From a virus, in the IMG/VR virus record IMGVR_UViG_3300037782_000115, positions 1-64,000 of that record: a DNA stretch of 64,000 nt. The stretch is one strand, 5' to 3'. A model generated the notes under the pieces. The model was not told the origin of the DNA, ran no database searches, and was given only the letters and a program-made list of their open reading frames with translations. How positions within the stretch are numbered: the stretch's first letter is position 1; the number at the start of each line of letters is the position of its first letter. This document shows, one piece after another, positions 56,651 to 64,000 of the stretch. A program made the translations under genes and the position numbers.

Positions 56651-57412
56651 TCAGAGAGCGGGCCGCCAGAATGGGCACGAAACCTCGTCGATCTCGTCTT
56701 TGATCTCCCGGGCCTCCTCGATCAGGCCCCGGACCGTATCGGCGCACTCATCGGGCCCCATCCCGCCCGGGTGCTCACCGCGAGACGCGCGGGCCTCAGA
56801 GATCCGCCGAAACAGCTTCTCAAGATCGAGCTTGAGGTCCGCCAGTTTCTCCGACTGGTGGTATTTGACATCCTCTGCAACCGATTCTTCTGCCACCCTC
56901 TCCGCCCACCGATCGGCGGCATACACGGCGTCGCGAAAGCTCTCATATACATACGACAAATCAAAGCAGCAACAGTCATAAGAGTAGTCAATGCCGATGA
57001 TGTACCTTGTGTTGCCACCACAACCCGCCAGCTGGGCCACCACGCCGTGACACGTCTCTTCGCAATATGCATCGGTGAACCAGCCGCGGTGATCGACCCT
57101 GTAGTCGTGCTGGTCGTGGCAAGCGACGATGTTGCGGAAAGTGTCGCACATGTCGTCGGCCGAGTAGCAGCCGACCATCCGCTTCCCGCTGTCGTCCTTG
57201 TACAACCAATACTTGGACTCGATGCGGCCCAGGCTACTGCTCGCCATCCGCGACAGAAGCCCGACGGCATAATCAGAATTGCCCGCCAACTCCTTGAGCT
57301 TCGCCTTCATACGCCAAGCATGGTTCACCATAAAGGAGCCGACTTCACCCGAAAAGGTGTTGGTCGTGTACGACGGCATCGTGAGTGTTTCGCCATCTGC
57401 ATAGATCGACAT
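56651..57412 (-). CDS. Hypothetical protein
   Basis: 253 aa, AGGAGG RBS. Confidence 0.7.
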   Translation of the reverse strand: MSIYADGETLTMPSYTTNTFSGEVGSFMVNHAWRMKAKLKELAGNSDYAVGLLSRMASSSLGRIESKYWLYKDDSGKRMVGCYSADDMCDTFRNIVACHDQHDYRVDHRGWFTDAYCEETCHGVVAQLAGCGGNTRYIIGIDYSYDCCCFDLSYVYESFRDAVYAADRWAERVAEESVAEDVKYHQSEKLADLKLDLEKLFRRISEARASRGEHPGGMGPDECADTVRGLIEEAREIKDEIDEVSCPFWRPAL

Positions 57413-57424
57413 GGGCTGCCTCCT

Positions 57425-57453
57425 AAAAACAACAAGCCGCCCTTTCGGGCGGC
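57425..57453 (-). terminator. GNRA hairpin plus U tract
   Basis: GCCGCCC-GAAA-GGGCGGC-TTGTTGTTTTT. Confidence 0.7.
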
Positions 57454-57481
57454 CGGTTGCGGTCTGTGTGTGTACGCGGTC

Positions 57482-57850
57482 CTATGGGGTGGCGCTGTCG
57501 GGCTCGGTGTTGGCCTCGGTCAGCACAGAGACCCCGCGGGTCATCCACTTCTTGTGCTGGAGATTGGAGAGCCAGTCATCAACAGAGGGGATGCGGCCGA
57601 GGTCTTCGATCACGTGCTGCTCGCCGATCAGCCGGACAGGCACCTTGCGTCCGGTCGAGATCGTGATCGTCGTCCCGAACACCTTCTCGGCCAGGAAGAT
57701 TCCGAAAGAGTTGTGCAGCAGGGCCCGGTGTTGCCAGCTGCACATAGTGCTCTTGCTGCTGTCGAAGAAATCATGGATCTCCTGATAGTCCTCCGGCACT
57801 CCGCCGAACTTCTTGGCAGACGACCTCGCATGCATGTAGGGGTGTGCCAT
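57482..57850 (-). CDS. DUF6915-like protein
   Basis: HP..HA.SSAKKFGG..EDY..IH.FFD.SK...HRALLH..FG; EQHV.ED.G.IP...DW. Confidence 0.8.
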   Translation of the reverse strand: MAHPYMHARSSAKKFGGVPEDYQEIHDFFDSSKSTMCSWQHRALLHNSFGIFLAEKVFGTTITISTGRKVPVRLIGEQHVIEDLGRIPSVDDWLSNLQHKKWMTRGVSVLTEANTEPDSATP

Positions 57851-58392
57851 CAGCGGCCCTCCATCCATGGGATCCGGCACAAGAGGCCGAGTTTCACGCC
57901 GAGTTCGAGAAAGTCGAACTCATCCACCATCGGATCGAAGTCGTAGTGTGTGGAAAAAGAACAACCGGTCTCGGCGTCGCAATTACAAAAGCCATCGTCG
58001 TCGGCATTGTCACATGCACACTCTCCATATGTGATCTCACACCTGCCGACCCACAACGCGAAGTCCAGAAAATAAATTCCTGTCGACCCCTCATTTTCGA
58101 CGAGAAAGTTCTTATCCCAGCCGGGCACGCAGTCGCCATCCAGCTCGAACGAATAGGAATCAAGGCCGAGTTCATACACGAGAGTACCAGGCACAATATC
58201 GTCGAACTCGGCGACACCAGAGTCGCCGTATCCATTAAGATTGATTCTTAAATAACCCGAATATCCAGACAATGCCAACATGGCGGCCGCATGATCGGCG
58301 TGCTCCATTCTATCAACACCATGTGCAATGCAGGTCATGTGTATCTCTGCCAGGCTCAGGGAGGTGGCATTTTGCGTGTTTGTGTCATCCAT
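57850..58392 (-). CDS. DUF6878-like protein
   Basis: I...GYGDSG, W....NEGS.G; TGATG-coupled to the DUF6915-like gene. Confidence 0.6.
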   Translation of the reverse strand: MDDTNTQNATSLSLAEIHMTCIAHGVDRMEHADHAAAMLALSGYSGYLRINLNGYGDSGVAEFDDIVPGTLVYELGLDSYSFELDGDCVPGWDKNFLVENEGSTGIYFLDFALWVGRCEITYGECACDNADDDGFCNCDAETGCSFSTHYDFDPMVDEFDFLELGVKLGLLCRIPWMEGR

Positions 58393-58396
58393 AAAA

Positions 58397-59593
58397 TCAC
58401 CCATCAATCTTGATCGTTGTGCCAAAGGGGGCAACCACATCGGACGTCATGCACCAGACCGTTGGCAGCCCGGGGTCTTGTTCGGGGAACCGCGTGTAGC
58501 CGTCAGTCATGCAGATCACGCATGAGGGTGCCGGGATGTTGTCGACGATGTGCCTAAACACCGGCACGTGCGAGGTGCCCCCGCCACCCTTGGGCTCGAC
58601 CACGATATCGCCGTCGCTCGATCGCCACTCCTGCACGTGCGCCACGTCATGGTCGTGGTAAACGATGATTACGGTGCATGAGTATGACATAAGGATCTCT
58701 TGTATCTCGCCGGCGTACTGGTTGATCTCGTCTTGACCGATCGACCCGGACGTGTCAAAGGCGACAACCACGGTCCCGAGGCTGTCGCTGCGCATGCCGG
58801 GCAGATACATCCCGGCGTGGATGAAGCGGCGGTTGGGGTGGGCCCAAGAGAAGTCATCGCGTGAGGTCGATGAGACGAATCGGCGAAGAAGCTCTTTCCA
58901 CGACGCCTTGGGCCGCAGCACGTCGCCGACGATACGAGAGATGTCGCCCGGCAGATCGCCGCGGCTGGACGCGTGATGCGCCGCCTCTGCGACATTGACT
59001 TGCCACTGAGCCTCTTGATTGTCGGTATCGCCGTCCGCCGGCCGGCGCACCTGGCCAAAGCCCCCCTCGCCACTACCGCCGCCACCGCCGCCACCACCGC
59101 CACCACCGCCATCCTCATTATCCGGAATCCTGGCGTAGTACCACTCGGCGCTGTTGCCGCTCTCTAGGTCGGCATACTTGCCTTCGCCCGGGAACAGCCC
59201 GCCCGAGGGCAGCGATATACCGGCATCTCTGAGGATTGAGTTGATCGCCAGATCGCCCGCGACGTTCCAGTTGTGGTGCTCGCGGGGCCCCATCCGGGTG
59301 TGATGGCCGAGCGTGCAATGCATGAGCTCGTGCATAATCAGCCCAACGGTCTCGTTCCGAGACAGGCCGACGATGAACGATGGGTTGTACCGCATGGTCT
59401 TGCCGTCGATATCGGCCGTCTCGATATCCCAGGAGGGCACCATGTTGATCTTCATGGCCAGGATGCAAAAGAACGAGCACCGCGGGTCGCGGCGGAGCGC
59501 GAGGTATGTCTTGGCCTCGGTTATCCGCGCATCACTGATATCCTCGTCGGCTTGCCGACGAGACATCTCATCGACCACATCAAAAGCGTCCAT
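58397..59593 (-). CDS. DUF2201-type metallopeptidase plus VWA domain protein
   Basis: HELMH, WN.A.D.AIN, poly-Gly linker, DTSGS MIDAS, GGGGT, TDGY. Confidence 0.9.
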   Translation of the reverse strand: MDAFDVVDEMSRRQADEDISDARITEAKTYLALRRDPRCSFFCILAMKINMVPSWDIETADIDGKTMRYNPSFIVGLSRNETVGLIMHELMHCTLGHHTRMGPREHHNWNVAGDLAINSILRDAGISLPSGGLFPGEGKYADLESGNSAEWYYARIPDNEDGGGGGGGGGGGGSGEGGFGQVRRPADGDTDNQEAQWQVNVAEAAHHASSRGDLPGDISRIVGDVLRPKASWKELLRRFVSSTSRDDFSWAHPNRRFIHAGMYLPGMRSDSLGTVVVAFDTSGSIGQDEINQYAGEIQEILMSYSCTVIIVYHDHDVAHVQEWRSSDGDIVVEPKGGGGTSHVPVFRHIVDNIPAPSCVICMTDGYTRFPEQDPGLPTVWCMTSDVVAPFGTTIKIDG

Positions 59594-59618
59594 AACAACT
59601 CCTTTCTAGAGAGCCAAT

Positions 59619-59648
59619 GGCGTTCATCGCCGTCAAGCGGTGAACGCC
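59619..59648. promoter_or_regulatory. Intergenic hairpin upstream of an RBS
   Basis: GGCGTTCATCGC-CGTCAA-GCGGTGAACGCC. Confidence 0.55.
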
Positions 59649-59654
59649 GGTGTG

Positions 59655-60488
59655 TCAAAACGTCTGGGTCGTCGAGAGCGCGGTCCGCATGACGACGGCC
59701 TCAGAGATGGACTCCTTGGTGATGTCCAGAACCTTCCGCATATCGCCCAGCGTTTCGCCCAGGATGCCCTCATACTCGAGCAGCCGCTTGCGAAGGCTGT
59801 CAGCCCGGGCCTCGCGGGCTTCGAGCGCGGCCTCGTGCAGGTCGCCGGTCTCGATGTCCTTCATGATCTGATCGACGTCACTCTGGATGTCGGCGAGGAT
59901 CCCCTCCTTGATCGCGCGGAGAGATGATGCGTCGGCGGCGGTCTGCATCACATGCACCATCGTTCCGGTACCGGCTTTCTCGACGATCCTGGCGTAGGTA
60001 GCCCAATCATCAAGCTTGTCCCTGGGGATCCAATACACGCCACCGCTCTCGCGGAGAGGGATGCCGCTAAGCCTGCTCACGGCGGTGGTGAGTAGATTGG
60101 TGATTGCCTTTGCGGGCACAACACCTGCCGACTTCTTGTACTGGTCCCTGACCCGGCATACCTCGGCCCAAGGCGCCGAGGGCGAACTCACGTTGCCGTC
60201 GTCGTCGACCTCGAAGGTATACCGAGAGTCGTACCGGTTCTCGTCCTGGCCGCGGTCCTCGGACACCACAGTGAAGCCATTCTTCTTGCTCAGGGGCCTG
60301 ATAAGAGTGGTTTTGTTGGCGTAGAGGGCGACCAGCGCGGCGTTCAACACAGCCTTGGGCGTCTGCTGCTTTGGCATCAACCCGGACAGGCCGTTGTCGT
60401 CGAGTCCGCGTTCGAGGATGCTGCGGTCACTGTCGCTGCCGCGCCAGAAGGTCACGGCGCCATTGAGAGAGATCTGGCCAGACTTCAT
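59655..60488 (-). CDS. Hypothetical protein of the MoxR/VWA module (DUF3150/DUF6744-like)
   Basis: R..GGVYWIP motif, C-terminal helical bundle; GAAAGGAG RBS. Confidence 0.6.
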   Translation of the reverse strand: MKSGQISLNGAVTFWRGSDSDRSILERGLDDNGLSGLMPKQQTPKAVLNAALVALYANKTTLIRPLSKKNGFTVVSEDRGQDENRYDSRYTFEVDDDGNVSSPSAPWAEVCRVRDQYKKSAGVVPAKAITNLLTTAVSRLSGIPLRESGGVYWIPRDKLDDWATYARIVEKAGTGTMVHVMQTAADASSLRAIKEGILADIQSDVDQIMKDIETGDLHEAALEAREARADSLRKRLLEYEGILGETLGDMRKVLDITKESISEAVVMRTALSTTQTF

Positions 60489-60515
60489 GCGAAACTCCTT
60501 TCAAGGGAAACATGG

Positions 60516-60554
60516 AACAAAAGCGGCCTCGCCCCCTCTCGGGAGCGGACCGCT
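60516..60554 (-). terminator. GNRA hairpin plus U tract
   Basis: AGCGGTCCGCTCCC-GAGA-GGGGGCGAGGCCGCT-TTTGTT. Confidence 0.65.
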
Positions 60555-60568
60555 AGAAAGGAGCGGCG

Positions 60569-61588
60569 TTATGAGTCGGCTCTCGAGGCCATGATGACAT
60601 CTGAGTTCTTGCCAACCCATTCCTTGATTCGTGGGTTCTTTTGGCTTCCCGGGCACACACGGATGAAGTCGAGAACGAGGTTGGTGGCAAACTCGTTCGG
60701 CAATCTCTGTCCATATGTCATCGCTGCATCGAGATTGTTGTTATCCTCTCGGACGGCGTTCACCAGCGCCCCGCAGATGGCATAACGGACCGACGGCTCA
60801 CCGGGGACGCCCTCGGTCTCTGGGTTGGCCAGGACGCGACGAATGTCCGGCAGGCTTTCGCAGATATTGACGTAGTTGACAAACTCTGCGGCGGGCCCGG
60901 AACCGACGCACCCGGCGACGGCCTGCAACAACAGGCTGCCGGGTGCGTGCTGGATAACCTCTGACGCACGCACCCACGACCGAGGTGTGGGGAATGCGTT
61001 CTCGGCTCCGGACGGGTCGAAATCAAACAGCGCCGCCGGCTTGAATTTGATGAAGCTGGTCACCCGGTGATCAACGCCGGCGGCGACCGCCCAATTGTGC
61101 CAGTCGTCTGCGTTGTAGCACATCTCGAAGTGTGTCAGCCGATTGAGCATCGGCGTGATCATCTTGTGCGCACCAGCGCGATCGGTCGCACGGTTCGACG
61201 CCGCGACGATGGCGCAGTTGTCGGGGAGCTTGTAGTCGCCGATTCGGCGGTCGAGCAAGAGCTCCAGGCACGCGCTCTGCACAAGCGGCGGGGCCTGTGC
61301 AAACTCGTCGAGGAAGAACACCTCGGTTGAGTCCGGGTCCTGCGGCAGGAAGTCCGGCGGGCACCACTTCGTCAGCCCCTTGTCGCTGATGGAGGGGATG
61401 CCGCGGAGGTCAACGGGGTCGAGCAGGACCGCCCGCACGTCGCGAACGGCGCGGCCGAGCTTTGCGGCGGCCTGCTTGACGATGTCTGACTTGCCGATGC
61501 CTGGGGGCCCCCACAAGATCACGGGGTGCTTGTTGTTGATAAAGCCGGGCAGCAGACTCTCGATCTGCTTGGGTTGAAGCGGTGCCAT
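60569..61588 (-). CDS. MoxR-like AAA+ ATPase
   Basis: WGPPGIGKS, DLRGIP, FLDE, AASNR..D.AG, NR..H, FPTPRSW. Confidence 0.9.
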   Translation of the reverse strand: MAPLQPKQIESLLPGFINNKHPVILWGPPGIGKSDIVKQAAAKLGRAVRDVRAVLLDPVDLRGIPSISDKGLTKWCPPDFLPQDPDSTEVFFLDEFAQAPPLVQSACLELLLDRRIGDYKLPDNCAIVAASNRATDRAGAHKMITPMLNRLTHFEMCYNADDWHNWAVAAGVDHRVTSFIKFKPAALFDFDPSGAENAFPTPRSWVRASEVIQHAPGSLLLQAVAGCVGSGPAAEFVNYVNICESLPDIRRVLANPETEGVPGEPSVRYAICGALVNAVREDNNNLDAAMTYGQRLPNEFATNLVLDFIRVCPGSQKNPRIKEWVGKNSDVIMASRADS

Positions 61589-61621
61589 GGTTTCTCCTTT
61601 CATGGACGTATGCAGAAACAC

Positions 61622-61655
61622 AAAAACCGCGAGCGTGATTTCTCACCCCCGCGGT
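61622..61655 (-). terminator. GNRA hairpin plus U tract
   Basis: ACCGCGGGGGTGA-GAAA-TCACGCTCGCGGT-TTTT. Confidence 0.65.
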
Positions 61656-61689
61656 CGCGGCTTTCAGCCAACAGGTGCGCCGGTCGGTC

Positions 61690-62229
61690 CTATCCGGGTG
61701 TGCCCCTATATTGGGGCAGCGATGACATGACGCGGCTAATCCCTCTCTTCGAGGACCTGCCCGGGTAGTGCGGCAACCACTTCTTCAAACGCTCAGCCAG
61801 CAGGCTCATAGCGGGGCCATCCGGGGGCGACTCGCCGCAATCTAGGATTTCAACGAACACATCAAACACGGCCTCAACGAGCTCACTCGCCGCCTGGGAC
61901 GGGCTGTGGACGGCGCCAACGTGGTCACCAAGCAGGCCCGGCAAAGACTCGCACTGCGTCATGCCCAATATCGCCGTCTCCATCGAGTTCGCCTCGAAGT
62001 TGTAGCCGCCATCCAACAGAAGCTGAACAACGGATTTGCCACAATTCCACAGCGTGGACCCCAAAAGGGTTGGGGCCGCACAACAACAGGTGTGGCCCTG
62101 GGCGATCAGCATGGCCTGTTCGTGTGTCGGCGCAATATCGTGCGGCGGCACGCTACTGAGCACGCCGCCGGACCAATCAAGGAACGCGTCCATGGCGTTG
62201 TAAATCGTCTTTCTCTTATCGCGATCCAT
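61690..62229 (-). CDS. Hypothetical protein
   Basis: 179 aa, GAGGGGG RBS. Confidence 0.6.
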   Translation of the reverse strand: MDRDKRKTIYNAMDAFLDWSGGVLSSVPPHDIAPTHEQAMLIAQGHTCCCAAPTLLGSTLWNCGKSVVQLLLDGGYNFEANSMETAILGMTQCESLPGLLGDHVGAVHSPSQAASELVEAVFDVFVEILDCGESPPDGPAMSLLAERLKKWLPHYPGRSSKRGISRVMSSLPQYRGTPG

Positions 62230-62231
62230 AA

Positions 62232-62999
62232 TTATGCCCCCCTCTCAAACGGCCCAATGGCCTGCTCATACCTGTCGAGATAATGCCCGAAATCCTCATC
62301 GGGCGCGTCGCCAGCGGCCATGTTGTCAGCGGCACACCGCATCTCGTTGATGCAGGCCCGAAACTCGGACACCAACCGCTCGTGGTCGCCGAAGTTTGTT
62401 CCTCGCACGGTGTTCCACGCGTAAGACATCCACCTTGCGTTGCCGAGGTCGCCGTCTTCGCGGAGAGTGGTGAACCAGTCACCGTTGCCGTCGTCATTCT
62501 CTTCTGGCGGTATGGTCGCGATAATGCCCACGCCCTTGCCTTGGAGCGCGATCGTTGCGCCGTGGTTCCATTGCAAAGGGCCGTGGAACATCTCGCATTG
62601 TGTTGGCCGGTCAAACGCTTCTCGCACATAAAAATCACGAAAGAGCATGTACGTGTACGACGGCTCTGCACACTGCCGTTGTTTGAATAACCAGAGACCG
62701 TATGGCTTCTCGCCTCGATGCCGGTATTCTATCTGGCCGCAGTAAACAATCTCGCCAAGAACCGGCCTGACCTCGTCTCCAGGCACTAAGTAGGAGCCGA
62801 TAAGCTCGGCGTCTTCTTGACATAACACAACTGTGCCGCCGGAAGACCGCAGCGCGTCTTCAAGCGATACAAGGCAAGACTGGCGGTACGTTGATACTAA
62901 GTTATTGGTGGCACACTCCCACCTGGTCAGCGTGCATCGATCGCCCGGGCGGGCCGCCTTCTTTTGGGCCCTGTCAAGAAGCTCGTGTGGCTTATACAT
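62232..62999 (-). CDS. Hypothetical protein
   Basis: GGAG RBS before ATG 62999. Confidence 0.6.
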   Translation of the reverse strand: MYKPHELLDRAQKKAARPGDRCTLTRWECATNNLVSTYRQSCLVSLEDALRSSGGTVVLCQEDAELIGSYLVPGDEVRPVLGEIVYCGQIEYRHRGEKPYGLWLFKQRQCAEPSYTYMLFRDFYVREAFDRPTQCEMFHGPLQWNHGATIALQGKGVGIIATIPPEENDDGNGDWFTTLREDGDLGNARWMSYAWNTVRGTNFGDHERLVSEFRACINEMRCAADNMAAGDAPDEDFGHYLDRYEQAIGPFERGA

Positions 63000-63342
63000 A
63001 GCGATAACTCCAGTCGGTGTAAACAAAACGATCGTGTGGCATCAAAGAAACAAGACCGCTCGGCAGGACCGTCGAAAGCGAGTAGGCCAGCTGATCACTG
63101 ACACGTCCCGGGCGAGGCCGGTGCACCTTGGTGATCGCCAGCTTTGTCCCAGCAATCGGCACGAAAGCGGCGCCGGAGTGCCGGGCAATGTCTTCAAGGC
63201 GCATTGTGAACTCGACGGGCCTGCTCATCAGCCCACGGCGAAAGAGCCTGCACAACGAATGATTGATGACTGCGGAATCGCCGACGGAAGCGACGCCGCG
63301 GTCCATTGCAGACACCAACACCTCGTCTGGCCTAGTCAGCAT
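62992..63342 (-). CDS. Hypothetical protein
   Basis: GAGGAGGT RBS before ATG 63342. Confidence 0.6.
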   Translation of the reverse strand: MLTRPDEVLVSAMDRGVASVGDSAVINHSLCRLFRRGLMSRPVEFTMRLEDIARHSGAAFVPIAGTKLAITKVHRPRPGRVSDQLAYSLSTVLPSGLVSLMPHDRFVYTDWSYRYV

Positions 63343-63604
63343 TCGACACCTCCTCTGTGTAGCCAACGATGGGCCACGAGAGCCACACAGGAACAAAGCT
63401 GCCGGGAGGCAGGGGGGTCAGAACGCCATCAACATACGGAACACCGCGCAGTGGCCAGACCCCAACCCGTCTCCCTTGGCTCTCGTGTTCTTCGGCCCAG
63501 CTTGAAATCTCTTCAAATGACTTTGACGGCTCGCTAAAGACTGCCGGGCCGACGCCGACGGCGACGCCCGCATAGCCGTGTATAGGAATGCGCGTGGTCG
63601 ACAT
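63332..63604 (-). CDS. Hypothetical protein
   Basis: AAAGGAG RBS before ATG 63604. Confidence 0.6.
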   Translation of the reverse strand: MSTTRIPIHGYAGVAVGVGPAVFSEPSKSFEEISSWAEEHESQGRRVGVWPLRGVPYVDGVLTPLPPGSFVPVWLSWPIVGYTEEVSNAD

Positions 63605-63621
63605 AAGGAACTCCTTTGCTA

Positions 63622-63659
63622 TAAGAAACACTCGCGGCAACTTCCGTCGCCGCGAGTGT
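63622..63659 (-). terminator. GNRA hairpin plus U-rich tract
   Basis: ACACTCGCGGCGAC-GGAA-GTTGCCGCGAGTGT-TTCTTA. Confidence 0.65.
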
Positions 63660-63661
63660 GA

Positions 63662-63964
63662 TCAGAACACGGCGACGGCCGCGATGTTCTTGTGTGGCGA
63701 GTCGGGATATCTACGGGAAAACATCTCGCAAATCGCCTTGGCGTGATCATGCGGCGTAGGACCCGGGTAGCCCCAATCCTGGAAGACAATCGCTTCCTGC
63801 CGCGATATCGAAAAGCGAAGGCAGTTCGCCATATCAACAGCCTCTATGTTTGGTGACAGGTAGAACGAGCTATCGCCGACCGTGCTGACAAGGATGTACC
63901 GCACAGCCGGCCTGGTCGGCACGCCCGGCGCCGCCATCTGCTCACGGATCAACCATGTGTACAC
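63662..63964 (-). CDS. Hypothetical protein (may extend beyond the window)
   Basis: 100 aa ORF ending just before the hairpin. Confidence 0.45.
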   Translation of the reverse strand: MYTWLIREQMAAPGVPTRPAVRYILVSTVGDSSFYLSPNIEAVDMANCLRFSISRQEAIVFQDWGYPGPTPHDHAKAICEMFSRRYPDSPHKNIAAVAVF

Positions 63965-64000
63965 AACAGCAACTTGCTGGGATAACGAAAGCGACTCTGG

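Noticed and set aside
56450-57946. 498 aa + strand ORF
   Set aside because: Antisense shadow of minus-strand genes that have RBSs and recognisable motifs; no domain features; long shadow ORFs are expected at this GC content
59060-59112. CCA/CCG triplet run
   Set aside because: Encodes the poly-Gly linker of the VWA protein; not a CRISPR or regulatory repeat
63329-63339. 11-nt match (CTGACTAGGCC) between the putative sRNA and the start of gene 62992-63342
   Set aside because: Same sense as the mRNA, so it cannot pair, and an 11-mer match is expected by chance in 64 kb
1-64000. CRISPR array, tRNA, DGR/retron, intron or intein, alternative genetic code, lysis cassette
   Set aside because: No regularly spaced repeats, cloverleafs, reverse transcriptase or intein motifs seen by eye; all three stop codons end genes normally; no holin or endolysin recognised. 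tRNAscan, CRISPR finders and HMM scans were not run

Overview
The window is a 64 kb segment of a large, GC-rich tailed (siphovirus-like) phage or prophage; no host housekeeping genes, rRNA, tRNA or CRISPR array were seen. + strand 1-17.6 kb is a tail module: two tandem tail-tube paralogues, a tail assembly chaperone with a -1 frameshift, tape measure, and an RcGTA-like tail-tip set (DUF2460, DUF2163, NlpC/P60, gp15-like, DUF2793) interrupted by four extra genes (two large putative carbohydrate-binding/Cys-rich proteins). + strand 17.6-40 kb holds regulation, recombination and replication genes (LexA-like HTH, Rad50/SbcC-like, BCS1-like AAA, HerA-like, DUF5131, UvrD, HTH initiator-like, tandem DUF6527-like, two stand-alone WYL, RecU-like, HNH, secreted beta-helix protein, RHH, primase, DnaB, sigma-like, Mor-like, Dam-type MTase). 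40.4-45.6 kb is the best candidate for an undescribed system: the two halves of a COG2401-type ABC-ATPase/GNAT acetyltransferase bracket three glycosyltransferases, a SAM methyltransferase and a sulfotransferase. The - strand from 45.5 kb to the end is an early/accessory arm (ASCH, SF2 helicase plus DUF6094-like MTase, HU-like, serine recombinase, DciA-like, two C2H2 zinc-finger proteins, MoxR AAA/VWA) punctuated by mostly GNRA-capped hairpins directly upstream of ribosome-binding sites. All family assignments come from motif recognition by eye, not database searches; several starts were re-called from RBS and overlap evidence.
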